64,000 nt of DNA from Chloroflexota bacterium (GCA_964291655.2 OZ219802.1:384001-448000), one strand, 5' to 3'; numbered from the stretch's first letter, positions 18,256 through 28,414 are shown. The notes: generated by a model not told the origin, from the sequence alone. Numbers and translations are program-made.

Positions 18256-19281
18256 TCAGGCATTCGGTGCAATTTGGGAGATACAGAGTATCCTGTCAAA
18301 CCCTGCCAGATCCTGGTAAACGTCTGCGCGAGCGTCCGGTAGGTGTTTTGCTGCCAGCGCGGTCAAGCGCTCTGCCATATCGAATCCTATTTCAAAGAGC
18401 GCGTGACCACCGGGCAGGAGATAGGTTGAAAGTTCAGGAAATAAGGCCCGATAGGCATCTAGGCCGTCCTCGCCGCCGGCAAGTGCAATGGTAGGCTCAT
18501 AGTCCCGCACGTCGCGGTCTAGGCCCGCTACCTCTTCTCGTGGGATGTAGGGCGGGTTGCAGATGATGACGTGGACAGATTCAGGCAATGCCTGTAGGTA
18601 ACTTCCCTGCAGCAAGACGAGCCTGTCCGAAACCCCGTGAGCAACTCCATTCCGCCGCGCCGATACCAGCGCTTCGGCAGAAATGTCTGTGGCGTAAACA
18701 GTGGCTCGCGGCAGCGCCTTGGCGATACTCACGGCAATCGCGCCGCTGCCCGTGCCAATGTCGGCGATGAGCGGGTGAGATATACCGTGGCAATACGGCG
18801 GACTGAGCAAATGGTAACTGTTGCTGCTATCGCAGTCGAACAGATCAAGCGCCTTCTCAACCAGCAGTTCCGTTTCCGGTCGAGGTATAAGGACGCGCCG
18901 GTCTACGGCGAAGTCCAGTCCCATAAACTCTTTCCTGCCAACGATATAGGCGACGGGTTCACCTTGCTGACGGCGCTGTACATGGCCGTGAAACGACGCC
19001 ACCTGCGCGGGCGAAAGCGATTGGACGTTTCCTCCGGCCAAGGCTACTTCAGTGCAGTCCAACACATGCCTAAGAAGCAAGCGCGCATCCCGGGCGTGGG
19101 AGTCAATGCCACGCCCTTTGAGCTGTTGTGAGGCCCAGTGGAGTACGTCCTGCAGGCAAGATGATTGGTGACCACTGCTCGCCGTCGCGACAGCGTTCAC
19201 ACTTGGGGAGCATGCCCGCGAAGAAGCAACGGCTGCTTCATTCCCGGATGTGGGAGCTCCTGTTGCTGAAGATACGAGCAC
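18256..19281 (-). CDS. prmC: Release factor glutamine methyltransferase PrmC/HemK (start uncertain)
   Basis: GEPVAYIVG, VLIPRPETE, DIGTGSGAI, NPPY, ALAGGEDGL; follows prfA. Confidence 0.92.
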   Translation of the reverse strand: MLVSSATGAPTSGNEAAVASSRACSPSVNAVATASSGHQSSCLQDVLHWASQQLKGRGIDSHARDARLLLRHVLDCTEVALAGGNVQSLSPAQVASFHGHVQRRQQGEPVAYIVGRKEFMGLDFAVDRRVLIPRPETELLVEKALDLFDCDSSNSYHLLSPPYCHGISHPLIADIGTGSGAIAVSIAKALPRATVYATDISAEALVSARRNGVAHGVSDRLVLLQGSYLQALPESVHVIICNPPYIPREEVAGLDRDVRDYEPTIALAGGEDGLDAYRALFPELSTYLLPGGHALFEIGFDMAERLTALAAKHLPDARADVYQDLAGFDRILCISQIAPNA

Positions 19282-19298
19282 AGTGGCGCTCCAATGGC

Positions 19299-20369
19299 TT
19301 AGCTCTTCGAGCCGGCGGCAGCCAATCGCTCTGACTCGTACGTGGTTGTGAGAGCGTCCACGATGCCTTCTACGTTGCCGTCCATCAACTGGTCCAGGTT
19401 ATAGACGGTAAGGTTGATGCGATGATCGGTCACGCGGTTCTGTGGAAAGTTGTAGGTGCGGATCTTCTCGCTCCGCTCTCCCGTACCCACCAAGCTCCGA
19501 CGCATGGCCGACTCTTCCTCCCGCTGCTTGCGCTGCTCCAATTCAAGCAGGCGCGCCCGCAAGACTGCCAACGCACGCATCCGGTTCTGCTGCTGCGATC
19601 GTTCATCTTGGCATGTCACCACCAGACCGGTTGGGAGATGGGTAATGCGCACGGCTGAGTCGGTAGTGTTCACGCTCTGGCCGCCGTGACCGCTCGCGCG
19701 ATAGACGTCAATTGAGAGATCGTCCGGGCTGATGCTGACGTCGATATCCTGCGCTTCGGGCAATACGGCGACCGTGGCAGTGGAGGTATGGATGCGGCCG
19801 CTCGTCTCAGTCACGGGAACGCGCTGCACACGGTGCACACCGCCTTCAAATTTGAGCCGGCTATAGGCGCCTTGCCCTTTCACGAGAAAGATGATCTCTT
19901 TGAAACCGCCAATGCCCGTCGGACTGGATGACAAGAACTCCGTCTTCCAGCCCTGCTTTTCCGCAAAGAGGTTATACAGGCGAAAGAGGTCGGCAGCAAA
20001 GAGTCCCGCTTCATCGCCACCCGTGCCGGCGCGTATCTCCATGATGACATTGCGGTCGTCGTTTGGATCTTTCGGCACCAAGGCAGCCCGGGTACGCTCC
20101 ATGAGCGACTCTTTTTCCGTCTCAAGTTGCTGTATTTCGAGCCGCGCCATCTCTAGGAGCTCGTCGTCATCCTCTTCAGCCAACAACTCTTCAGCACCGC
20201 TGATTTCTCTATCCACCCGCCGGAGGTTGTTATAGAGGACAACTACCTTTTCCAAAGAGGCCTGTTCCTTGGCGAATGCAGTGATTTGAGGAATGTTGTT
20301 GCTATGCTCGACCATGAGCAGATTGAGTTCCTGGTAGCGCGCTTCAATTTCAGCCAGTTTTTCTAACAT
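19299..20369 (-). CDS. prfA: Peptide chain release factor 1
   Basis: [23 protein letters not shown] (PxT motif), [17 protein letters not shown]. Confidence 0.97.
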   Translation of the reverse strand: MLEKLAEIEARYQELNLLMVEHSNNIPQITAFAKEQASLEKVVVLYNNLRRVDREISGAEELLAEEDDDELLEMARLEIQQLETEKESLMERTRAALVPKDPNDDRNVIMEIRAGTGGDEAGLFAADLFRLYNLFAEKQGWKTEFLSSSPTGIGGFKEIIFLVKGQGAYSRLKFEGGVHRVQRVPVTETSGRIHTSTATVAVLPEAQDIDVSISPDDLSIDVYRASGHGGQSVNTTDSAVRITHLPTGLVVTCQDERSQQQNRMRALAVLRARLLELEQRKQREEESAMRRSLVGTGERSEKIRTYNFPQNRVTDHRINLTVYNLDQLMDGNVEGIVDALTTTYESERLAAAGSKS

Positions 20370-20385
20370 CGTTCATTACAATTCC

Positions 20386-21318
20386 TCACGCACTACTCGC
20401 TGCAGGCAAAGATTCATTTCGCGCCCGCTCATCTGCCGCCATTACAGCCTGCAAGGCGGCAATGGCAACGGCAACTTGATCGCCATCCGGCTCACGTGTT
20501 GTCAGAGACTGCATGAGCAGACCGGGCCACACGAGCACGCGCACAAGTAGCTGCTGAAAGTGAGCTGCCGAAAAGCGCAGCCATTCGTAAGAGACACCGA
20601 TGAGTACCGGGACCAGCAGAATACGGGAGAGCACCCGCAACCACAGTGGCGGATGCCCCAAGGACGCAAACAAGATCACACTCAATGCTACCACTACCAG
20701 TAGAAGGGCCGTGCCGCAGCGTGGATGGGCAGTGGAGCAGGTCTGCACGGATTCAGGCTTCAACTCAATGCCCTGTTCCTGCGCGTGGACTGCTTTGTGC
20801 TCGGCACCGTGGTACGCAAATACCCGCGCGATCTTCGGCGCACTTCCAATGAGCCATAGATAGCCAATGAACGTGAGAAGCCGTATCAGCCCCTCGATGA
20901 GATTGGTTCCTACGGCACTTCCAATCAAATCGTGCATAAAGCCGGCGACAATCATCGGCATGACGAAGAAGAGACTAATTCCTATCGCCAAGGAATTGAG
21001 CATAGGCACGCGCACTGAGGCGGCGGAAGGTAAACGCTCCGGTTCGTCCTCATCACGCTCGTCGGCCTCTGCCACCTGAGCAGAAAACGAAAGCGCCCGG
21101 GTGCCCAACGCCAAAGCATCCCACAGTAGGGCCATGCCTCGCACAAACGGAATCTTGCTTGTCCTTCCTCCGTAAAGTCGCTGGGGAAGGGCCTCGGCGC
21201 ACGTCACGATGTGCCCCTCAGGATGCCGAACGGCCACCGCCACGTGGCGATGACCGCGCATCATCACACCTTCCAAAACCGCTTGTCCGCCATAAAGGGA
21301 CCGTGCCATGCTTCCCAA
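20386..21318 (-). CDS. DUF1385 (YqhQ-like) membrane protein
   Basis: YGGQAVLEGVMMRG, YHGAEHK, HPRCGT, TTREP; conserved position between rpmE and prfA. Confidence 0.9.
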   Translation of the reverse strand: MGSMARSLYGGQAVLEGVMMRGHRHVAVAVRHPEGHIVTCAEALPQRLYGGRTSKIPFVRGMALLWDALALGTRALSFSAQVAEADERDEDEPERLPSAASVRVPMLNSLAIGISLFFVMPMIVAGFMHDLIGSAVGTNLIEGLIRLLTFIGYLWLIGSAPKIARVFAYHGAEHKAVHAQEQGIELKPESVQTCSTAHPRCGTALLLVVVALSVILFASLGHPPLWLRVLSRILLVPVLIGVSYEWLRFSAAHFQQLLVRVLVWPGLLMQSLTTREPDGDQVAVAIAALQAVMAADERARNESLPAASSA

Positions 21319-21486
21319 ACCGGGTGGCGCTCATCCATCCAGCGCTACAACCAACCTCACTTGGCAGTTACTCCCGCCTTGAGTACACCCATCTCACCTT
21401 CTGCAAGGTCAAGACGATTAACAACACTTTGCAACGTCAGCACAGGAGCGAGACTTTGGATTGTGCGTGCAGGGAAACGGCCAACG

Positions 21487-21705
21487 CTACTTCTGTAGCC
21501 GCTTCGAACGTCTCATCCTCTGCATGAAGCGGTCAACTTGACCCTCTGTATCTACCAGTTTCTGCTGGCCGGTGTAAAAGGGGTGACACTTCGAACAGAG
21601 GTCGACGCGCAGCGACTCCGCAGTTGATCCGGTTGTAAACGTGTTGCCGCAACTGCAAACGATTGATGCTTGCTCGTGATAGGTTGGATGAATATCAGCT
21701 TTCAT
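21487..21705 (-). CDS. rpmE: 50S ribosomal protein L31 (Zn-binding type)
   Basis: [31 protein letters not shown]; ATG 21705 after GAGGAAGAG. Confidence 0.96.
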   Translation of the reverse strand: MKADIHPTYHEQASIVCSCGNTFTTGSTAESLRVDLCSKCHPFYTGQQKLVDTEGQVDRFMQRMRRSKRLQK

Positions 21706-21739
21706 TTTCTCTTCCTCTTCAACAGCTTGTTCTCTCAAT

Positions 21740-21787
21740 ATAGGAAGCGAATTCTCTCGCCATGCACTTGAATCGCGTGCTTCCTAT
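21740..21787 (-). promoter_or_regulatory. Structured 5' leader of rpmE (candidate ribosomal leader)
   Basis: ATAGGAA/TTCCTAT stem enclosing GCAC/GTGC and GCGA/TCGC hairpins; TATACT -10 candidate at 21832-21837 (minus strand). Confidence 0.45.
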
Positions 21788-21977
21788 TCCCTGGTCAAGG
21801 GCAGGCAGCGGCGAGGATCATATGTGCTAACAGTATACCCCATGCTTGTCATATGGTACAGTAAATGCGCCGTTCACCAGCCCGTGTTTCGCGCCAGGGA
21901 CAGCGGGAGTAGACACAGCGAGACCCACTATCCGCGGGCTACTTCCACCCTCGAGAGTTCGCACTGTCAGGCAGGTT

Positions 21978-22928
21978 ATGATGCCGCAATTGGAAGTGAA
22001 CATTGCGCCGCGCCACCCGACAGGACTCATACTCAAGAATCCCGTGATTACGGCCTCCGGCACGTTTGGCTACGGCACGGAATACGCGCCCATCTACGAC
22101 GTGAACCGCCTCGGCGCCATTTCTGCTAAAGCTGTCACGCTAAAGCCGCGTAGCGGCAATTCTATGCCCCGTATCGTAGAGGTGCCGGGCGGCATGCTGA
22201 ATGCCATCGGCTTGCAGAATATCGGCGTTGAGGCATTGATCCGCGAAAAGGCGCCGCTCTGGGAGAAATGGGATGTGCCGGTAATTGCCAATGTGGCGGG
22301 AGCCTCATTGGAAGAGTACGTTACCATCGCCGAAATGTTGGACGGCGTGCCGGGAATCGCCGCACTCGAACTCAATATATCGTGCCCGAACGTTGCCCAC
22401 GGTCTCGACTTCGGCACCGAGCCGGCCATGGCCGGCGCGCTTACGCAAGCCGTCAGCGAGCGCTCTTCCCTGCCCTTGATCGTCAAACTAACGCCGAATA
22501 TTACGGACATACGGCCGGTTGCCGCCGCCGTAGCCGATGCCGGAGCGCATGCTTTGGCAATCATGAATACCGTAACCGGACTTGCCATTGACGTAGAGCA
22601 GAAGCGTCCCGCGCTGGCTACGACAACCGGTGGTCTATCCGGCCCGGCGGTGCGCAGCATTGCACTCTGCCTCGTCTACGCCGTCGCGCCTCTGGTAGAC
22701 ATACCAATCATTGGAATTGGCGGTATCGGTACCACCGATGATGCCCTCATGTTCCTCATGGCGGGAGCGACAGCCGTTCAGGTAGGCACGGCAAACTTCT
22801 ATAACCATCGTGCGCCCTTGGATATCATTGCAGGACTTAGAGACTACGGCGCGAGAGAAGGGTTGGCGAGCATACAGGACATCATTGGAGCGGCGCTACC
22901 TCAGCGCGCCGGGATTCCGGCTACCTAA
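21978..22928 (+). CDS. pyrD: Dihydroorotate dehydrogenase (class 1)
   Basis: NPVITASGTFGYG, LNAIGLQN, ELNISCPN, KLTPN, GGLSGPA, VQVGTA; start ATG 21978/21981. Confidence 0.94.
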   Translation: MMPQLEVNIAPRHPTGLILKNPVITASGTFGYGTEYAPIYDVNRLGAISAKAVTLKPRSGNSMPRIVEVPGGMLNAIGLQNIGVEALIREKAPLWEKWDVPVIANVAGASLEEYVTIAEMLDGVPGIAALELNISCPNVAHGLDFGTEPAMAGALTQAVSERSSLPLIVKLTPNITDIRPVAAAVADAGAHALAIMNTVTGLAIDVEQKRPALATTTGGLSGPAVRSIALCLVYAVAPLVDIPIIGIGGIGTTDDALMFLMAGATAVQVGTANFYNHRAPLDIIAGLRDYGAREGLASIQDIIGAALPQRAGIPAT

Positions 22929-22949
22929 GATGCCCTGTGCGGCCGGCCG

Positions 22950-23741
22950 CTACATGATGGAGCGAACGAGCCCGCCGTCTACCTGAAGAGTAGCCCCAGT
23001 TATGTAGCTTGCCCGCGGGGAAGCCAGAAAGACCGCCAGATCCGCCAGCTCCACCGGTTTACCCAGACGACTCAGGGGAATCTTGGCCTCATACTCTTGC
23101 ATGATGCTTTCTTCGGACTGGCCGGTCGCCTTCACCTGGGCGGCCACATTGTCCTTGATCCGGTCTGTATAGATGCTGCCGGGGCAGATGTTGTTTACAA
23201 GAATGCCGTCAGCCGCCAGTTCATTCGCTAGAGACTTGGCTAAGCCAATGACGGCAGGACGAATTGAATTTGAAAGCAAAAGATTTTCCAGGGGTTGTTT
23301 TACCGAGGTTGAGGTGACATTGATGATCCTCCCACCATCGGTTTTTCGCATATGAGGCAGCACTGCCCGTACAAAGCGTACGACGCTCATGAATGTAAGA
23401 TTGAATGCGTTTTCCCAGTCCTCGTCTTCGAAGTCTGCAAATGTACCCACCGGCGGACCGCCGGCATTATTCACCAGAATGTCGATCTTGCCCTGCCGCT
23501 GCACGATAGTATTAACGAAATTCTCAATTGCATCGGGTTTCATGACGTCTACGGGAACGGCCAGCACCTCAAATTCGGCTACGGCTTGAATTTCCTGGGC
23601 CGCCTGCGAAAGGTTGTCCGGACTGCGTGAACAGATTGCAACCCGCGCCCCTTCCTTGGCCAAGCCCAGGGCGATTGCCTTGCCAAGACCCTTGCTTCCC
23701 GCGGACACGATAGCTGTTTTGCCGCTTAACTCAAGATCCAT
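22950..23741 (-). CDS. SDR family oxidoreductase (3-oxoacyl-ACP reductase-like)
   Basis: SAGSKGLG, ILVNNAGGP, VNNICPG, LQVDGG; atypical SNSIR in place of YxxxK. Confidence 0.9.
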   Translation of the reverse strand: MDLELSGKTAIVSAGSKGLGKAIALGLAKEGARVAICSRSPDNLSQAAQEIQAVAEFEVLAVPVDVMKPDAIENFVNTIVQRQGKIDILVNNAGGPPVGTFADFEDEDWENAFNLTFMSVVRFVRAVLPHMRKTDGGRIINVTSTSVKQPLENLLLSNSIRPAVIGLAKSLANELAADGILVNNICPGSIYTDRIKDNVAAQVKATGQSEESIMQEYEAKIPLSRLGKPVELADLAVFLASPRASYITGATLQVDGGLVRSIM

Positions 23742-23957
23742 GTGCCGTCTCCTTAATCTATGGCTGCAAGTGAGCACATGAGGCCACGCGCTCGTTAAGA
23801 CCTTTCAATACAATTTACTCTGAAGGGAACGATCTGCAAGTCCATCTCGACGATGAGATGATCGCCGCCTTTCTCATGTGCCTTCTCGCCGACTTTTCGT
23901 CACACTGACCCTTCGTCAATCCAAGTCGAGAACTGCCGGAGCGAGCTTGACAGGGCG

Positions 23958-25145
23958 CTAAACTGCGGTTTCCACGTGTTCAGCAAAGGGAATACGCAAG
24001 GTTTGGTCCTCCAGCCGTGCCGTGCCTGGAGAGAGCCGGGCAAGGACCGTTGGAAGCACAATGTTGCGGCGATACACGCCTATGCGCACTGTGAGTTCAT
24101 CTCCCCTCTTCACCACGTCAATGTTCCCTTTCTGACCAAAGGGTAAATCAATGTCCAAGACATAGCCCCCGTCTTCCCGCTGTACGGTATGGCTTTGTCC
24201 GTCATAATAGAGCTTCAGCGGGTCATCTTCCGCAAAGAGCACGGATGCCGTCTGCTTCAACATCTCAAGTCCCACGGCCTCTTGAGCAAAGAGGGGCACC
24301 CGCCGTGTCGGCAGCGGTGAGAAAGCCTCATGGATGAACTGCAAGTGCTTCTTCTGGGCCTCATGCCACGCCGTGAAGTAGGAATCCTGCACGCTATCCG
24401 GCAGCACCCGGTTGCAGATGACGAGGTCAGTGCCGTAGCCGTAAAGAGTCAGGTAGGTAAGCGTCCGCTGCGCCTCGCGGATTACCATACGCTCCGGATT
24501 CAATACCAAGCGCACCGAAGCACGTTGCCGGTCGGCCAAGAGGTCGCGCAGCCTTCCCAACTGCCGCACCAGGTCTTCAGCCTGATTGAAGACCTCACTG
24601 CCTGGCGTGGGGACCCCCAAAACCGATTCAAGGACTGGATTCACTACCCGTGCCACACGCCTTTTGAGGGGCAGAATGCGCTCCAGCCACCAGCGGGCAT
24701 CCTCCGGAAAAGCCAGCAGTCGCAGTGTCTCAGCGGTAGGCGCGCAGTCAACCACCACGGCGTCGAACTCATTTGACTCATGGTGCATATTCACCCAGAG
24801 CAGGCTCGACAACTCCTCCATGCCGGGCAGAATTGCCATTTCCTCGGCGAGCGTCTCATCTATGCCGCGCCATGCCAAGAGTGCGCTCAGCCATGCCTGT
24901 ACCGTGCCCCAGTGTTTGCGCAAGTTGTAGTAGACATCAGTCTCCTGCGCCCATAGATTTGGTGCAATATTCTTGGGTTCCGGCCCCAGCTCGATGTCGA
25001 GAGAATCACCCAGGCTGTGCGCAGAATCCGTGCTGAGGACAACCGTGCGGTAGCCGAGCTCTGCGCACCGCAACGCGGTGGCGGCAGCACACGTGGTTTT
25101 GCCTACCCCTCCTTTGCCGGTATAGAGTAAGACGCGCTCTGCCAC
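23958..25145 (-). CDS. ArsA/GET3 family ATPase with HSP20-like C-terminal domain
   Basis: GKGGVGKTT, STDSAHSL, DCAPTAETLRLL; C-terminal 'ELTVRIG..RRNIVLP' region. Confidence 0.88.
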   Translation of the reverse strand: MAERVLLYTGKGGVGKTTCAAATALRCAELGYRTVVLSTDSAHSLGDSLDIELGPEPKNIAPNLWAQETDVYYNLRKHWGTVQAWLSALLAWRGIDETLAEEMAILPGMEELSSLLWVNMHHESNEFDAVVVDCAPTAETLRLLAFPEDARWWLERILPLKRRVARVVNPVLESVLGVPTPGSEVFNQAEDLVRQLGRLRDLLADRQRASVRLVLNPERMVIREAQRTLTYLTLYGYGTDLVICNRVLPDSVQDSYFTAWHEAQKKHLQFIHEAFSPLPTRRVPLFAQEAVGLEMLKQTASVLFAEDDPLKLYYDGQSHTVQREDGGYVLDIDLPFGQKGNIDVVKRGDELTVRIGVYRRNIVLPTVLARLSPGTARLEDQTLRIPFAEHVETAV

Positions 25146-25423
25146 CTCTGGCTCCTCGAATAGTCTTTAATCTTCATATGCATTTGCCTCACTCCATGGT
25201 AGCACCTTTAAATTAGTGCCATGTAAATACTTGCCGTGTAAGTGCGTATTGACTTTTGTTCTTAGGGGCGTCACGACCATTTGCTCGACTGAGAAGTTGA
25301 GTAGACTATTCACCCTCTTCAAACGGTAGTGTAACTCGAGAGACCACACGGCATTTGGTGATTTGGACGAGGCCACGCCGTCGTCCCGTATCGCGTATGG
25401 GACAGGCTCCGGCACTCCCTCTC

Positions 25424-25953
25424 GGAGACCTTTGCATAATCCCACTTTCAAGCAGGGGCACTCCCTCTCCTGGGGGATGTACAGACCGGGGACATAGGTA
25501 ACAGTTGTTCGGGGACATGGGTTACACATTTTACTGATTGACACCTACGAGAGCATTGGGTTGGTCCGGGTTTGATAAGAGACTGGCGACACAGTGCACT
25601 CACTTTCAGCCTGTCAGCTTGTGCCAGAGAAACAAACTGTGTGCATAAGGATATTGAGCGGATCTAACTTTCAAGGCAAGGACATCGCATACTACGAAAA
25701 TCCCCTCGTTCTATGGTGTAACCTATGTGCCCGAACATGTGTAACCCATGTACCCGGTCTATACAGGGGAGAGGGTTGGGGTGAGGGGGTCCTTATGCTT
25801 CTATTGCCCTTTACTTTAGGCAGTGTCAAGACGTATCAGGGCAGAATCGGTGTGCATATGGAGAGATTTCAGGAGATTCACCCTCACCCTAGCCCTCTCC
25901 CGTCGAGGGAGAGGGGACATCCGCGCTGTGGCGAGGGTTATGCAAAGGTCTCC
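25424..25953. mobile_element. Non-autonomous IS5-like MITE (outer element)
   Basis: Perfect 16-bp terminal inverted repeats GGAGACCTTTGCATAA (25424-25439) / TTATGCAAAGGTCTCC (25938-25953), flanked by TCTC direct repeats (CTCTCG if the IR is taken as 15 bp); no transposase. Confidence 0.75.
25478..25765. mobile_element. Non-autonomous IS481-like MITE (inner element, 288 bp)
   Basis: TGT...ACA ends, 50-bp imperfect IRs (42/50 identical by hand; 25478-25527 and 25716-25765) with internal tandem subrepeats, 5-bp target duplication GGGGA (25473-25477, 25766-25770). Confidence 0.8.
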
Positions 25954-26019
25954 TCTCGGTGGCAAAACGACTCAGCGCCACTAACAAGGGATGTGCGAAT
26001 GTCTCCCAGGAAAGACAAG

Positions 26020-26053
26020 AAGGAGATTGAGTGCCGTTACACTCAATCTCCTT
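26020..26053 (-). terminator. Strong hairpin, probable terminator of the Gfo/Idh/MocA gene
   Basis: AAGGAGATTGAGTG-ccgtta-CACTCAATCTCCTT, 14-bp stem. Confidence 0.6.
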
Positions 26054-26162
26054 TCAGCGAATCGCGCCATAGCTTCTCGGTGACGCTAGACCATGCGGCA
26101 GTTCCCTTAGTAATCCAGCCGGAAGCGGCAGAAGGAACAGGGACGATCTTAGCCCCAGCAGT

Positions 26163-27074
26163 CTATGATGCTGTTTCCAGCCTTGTTGCCGCGCCGCCAT
26201 TCTGACTGGACCGATACGCAGCTTCGATGAACGAAATTATCTCAATGGTCTCTTCGATTGCCAGCGGCGGAGTGCCGCTTTCGAGCATTTTCATGATCTC
26301 CCGCAAGAGATTCCGGTAGTTGTTGCTGGCGTCGATACTGGTGGTAACGGTCTGCTTCTCAGAATATACCGTCAACCCATAGCCTGCGCTCCCACTCCGG
26401 ATTGCACGCACAGTACCCAAGCGGCCGCCATCCCAACGCCCCGTCACATGATCCGCGCCGTCGGTGCGAGCGGCCCACACCTCTTGGCAACCGGGTCCCA
26501 TCAGAGAATAGAGCACCTCAACGCCGTGAATGCCGTAATTGAGCAGTCCCGGATTTGCGTAGTGTTCGGAGCCCGGACTATGCACAAATGCCCCCACCGC
26601 GCCGCCCTCATCTGCCAGCGATGCTTGGACTTCCATCACTGTCTCCGTATAACGAAGTGAGGAGGCGGAAAAGATGGGCACACCGTGCTGTGACGCCAAA
26701 TCGGCAATGGCGCGCGCCTGCGCCGTGGTAGCAGCATAGGGCTTGTCGATGAAGAGCGGCAGGCCGGCCTCCAGGAAGGGCTTGGCATGTCCAAGATGAA
26801 CGCCGCCCTCATTTGATTCGATAAACACAGCGTCAACGGCACCGATCATTTCATTTGGACTATCAACAATCTGCACGCCCATTTCTCTGAGCTCTTCCGT
26901 GTATCCAGGGACTCGCTCAGGCGAAACCCGCGACTCTCCCGGGTACCCCATGACGACGTTTCCGCCGTCCACCCATTGATCCTCATCAATGTCAATGTGG
27001 TTGAGCCGCTTCGTGAACTGCACCACGTGGGACGTATCGAAATCCACAATGCCGATCTTACGCATGTTCTCCAC
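26163..27074 (-). CDS. Gfo/Idh/MocA family oxidoreductase
   Basis: KIGIVDFDTSH, DAVFIES, PLFIDKP, FSASSLRY, YGIHGVE. Confidence 0.88.
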   Translation of the reverse strand: MENMRKIGIVDFDTSHVVQFTKRLNHIDIDEDQWVDGGNVVMGYPGESRVSPERVPGYTEELREMGVQIVDSPNEMIGAVDAVFIESNEGGVHLGHAKPFLEAGLPLFIDKPYAATTAQARAIADLASQHGVPIFSASSLRYTETVMEVQASLADEGGAVGAFVHSPGSEHYANPGLLNYGIHGVEVLYSLMGPGCQEVWAARTDGADHVTGRWDGGRLGTVRAIRSGSAGYGLTVYSEKQTVTTSIDASNNYRNLLREIMKMLESGTPPLAIEETIEIISFIEAAYRSSQNGGAATRLETAS

Positions 27075-27394
27075 TTACCTCTCCAATGCAAACAAAACGA
27101 ACATCTTACACAAGCCACGAACTCTTCGAGCCCAGTTAACTCGATAAGCGATTCAAAGTCCGGGAGTTGTGCATCGTGTCAAGTATAGCCGAAGTACGAT
27201 GCGCCTTCTAGCAACAGCGCGAATCAGGAGCGCTAGTTGCTTTCATAGCGTAGGGAGCGACCTTGGCAATACAATACCGAGCAGCCGGGACTTGCGTTCA
27301 CTATGCTACTATGCACCTGACAAGATGACTGCAAGAACCTCAATTACCTGCGTGGAAACGCCGACCCTTGTATCTGAGTAGCGGGGAAGATCCA

Positions 27395-28237
27395 ATGAAT
27401 CGAAACGACTTGCGCCAACAGTTTGACGACCAGGGCTATGTGAAGCTCAAGGGCTTTCTCGATTCCAGTGTCGTAGCCCAAGCACGCACTGCCATGGAAG
27501 CGTTAGTAGAACAGCGAGCCCAGCAGCTTGTGGCAGCCGGCAAAATCGCCAGTCCGATGCACGCAGAGCCATTTGAAACACGCTTCTTTCGACTCTACGA
27601 AGAACACCTGGACGACGCCCCGAAGTCGTTTCGCAGAGAGTTGCACCTATCAGGGCTTTTCGAACTCTTCTTCAACCCGGCCCTGCTCGATGTCGTAGAA
27701 GTCCTCATTGGGCCGGAAGTTCGCCTCTATCCAAACTACACCGCCCGCCCCAAATTCCCCGATTGGAAAGGGACTGAAGTCCTCTGGCACCAGGACGGCG
27801 GCTACACGGAGCAAGTCGCAGAGGATGTTGAGAGCGTGGAGTTGCAGCGGATGGTGAATGTCTGGACGCCGCTGGTTCCCGCCCGCGCGGCAAACGGCTG
27901 TATGCAGTTTGTGCCGGGCACCCATAAGCTTGGCGCCGTGCCCCACGAGAGCCGCGAATACTACTTGGAAATCGCGCGTGAATCCCTGGACCCCTACGTG
28001 GAATCGGCTGTGGACGTCGAACTCGATCCCGGGGACGTTGTGCTCTTTCAGAACCTCCTCTTCCACCGGGGCCAGCCGAACCTTAGCAAAGAAATCCGTT
28101 GGAGTTTCGACTGGCGCTATCAAGATGCGCGGCAGCCTACCCTGCGTAAAGAAGAAGGCCATATCGCCCGCAGTAGCAGCAATCCAGACTGTGCGGTCAA
28201 GAGCGCAGATGAGTGGGCAAGTCTGACGTTTCGCTAG
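27395..28237 (+). CDS. Phytanoyl-CoA dioxygenase (PhyH) family Fe/2OG enzyme
   Basis: WHQD, VWTPL, NGCMQFVPGTH, PGDVVLF..LLFHRG..N...RWS.DWRY. Confidence 0.9.
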   Translation: MNRNDLRQQFDDQGYVKLKGFLDSSVVAQARTAMEALVEQRAQQLVAAGKIASPMHAEPFETRFFRLYEEHLDDAPKSFRRELHLSGLFELFFNPALLDVVEVLIGPEVRLYPNYTARPKFPDWKGTEVLWHQDGGYTEQVAEDVESVELQRMVNVWTPLVPARAANGCMQFVPGTHKLGAVPHESREYYLEIARESLDPYVESAVDVELDPGDVVLFQNLLFHRGQPNLSKEIRWSFDWRYQDARQPTLRKEEGHIARSSSNPDCAVKSADEWASLTFR

Positions 28238-28379
28238 GGGAGTGTCTGCAAAGCCACGAAAGCCGATCGTGCTGAGCCCGGCGAAGCATGAACGGCCCTT
28301 CGACTGGCTCAGAGCCTGCCTCGTTCTCGATACGAGGGCGAAGGTTTCCATTGGAGGAAACGCCTTTGCACACGCCCTA
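28236..28379. repeat. Composite palindromic repeat / degenerate MITE
   Basis: Imperfect ends GGGAGTGTCTGCAAAG / CTTTGCACACGCCC around GTGCTGAGCCCGGCGAAGCA..CTTCGACTGGCTCAG and a CCTCGT-tctcgat-ACGAGG hairpin. Confidence 0.55.
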
Positions 28380-28414
28380 TAGGGAATGTTTCTTCGCATT
28401 CGCAAGGAAGGATC

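Noticed and set aside
19200-19281. N-terminal extension of PrmC as an extra domain
   Set aside because: Low-complexity Ser/Ala sequence; the true start may be a downstream GTG, so it is probably a start-call artefact.
25167-26205. ORFs 25167-25544 and 25594-26205 as transposase or other genes
   Set aside because: They are translations of MITE ends and hairpin repeats (e.g. CVTHVPGLY, PHPSPLPSRERG) with no DDE motif.
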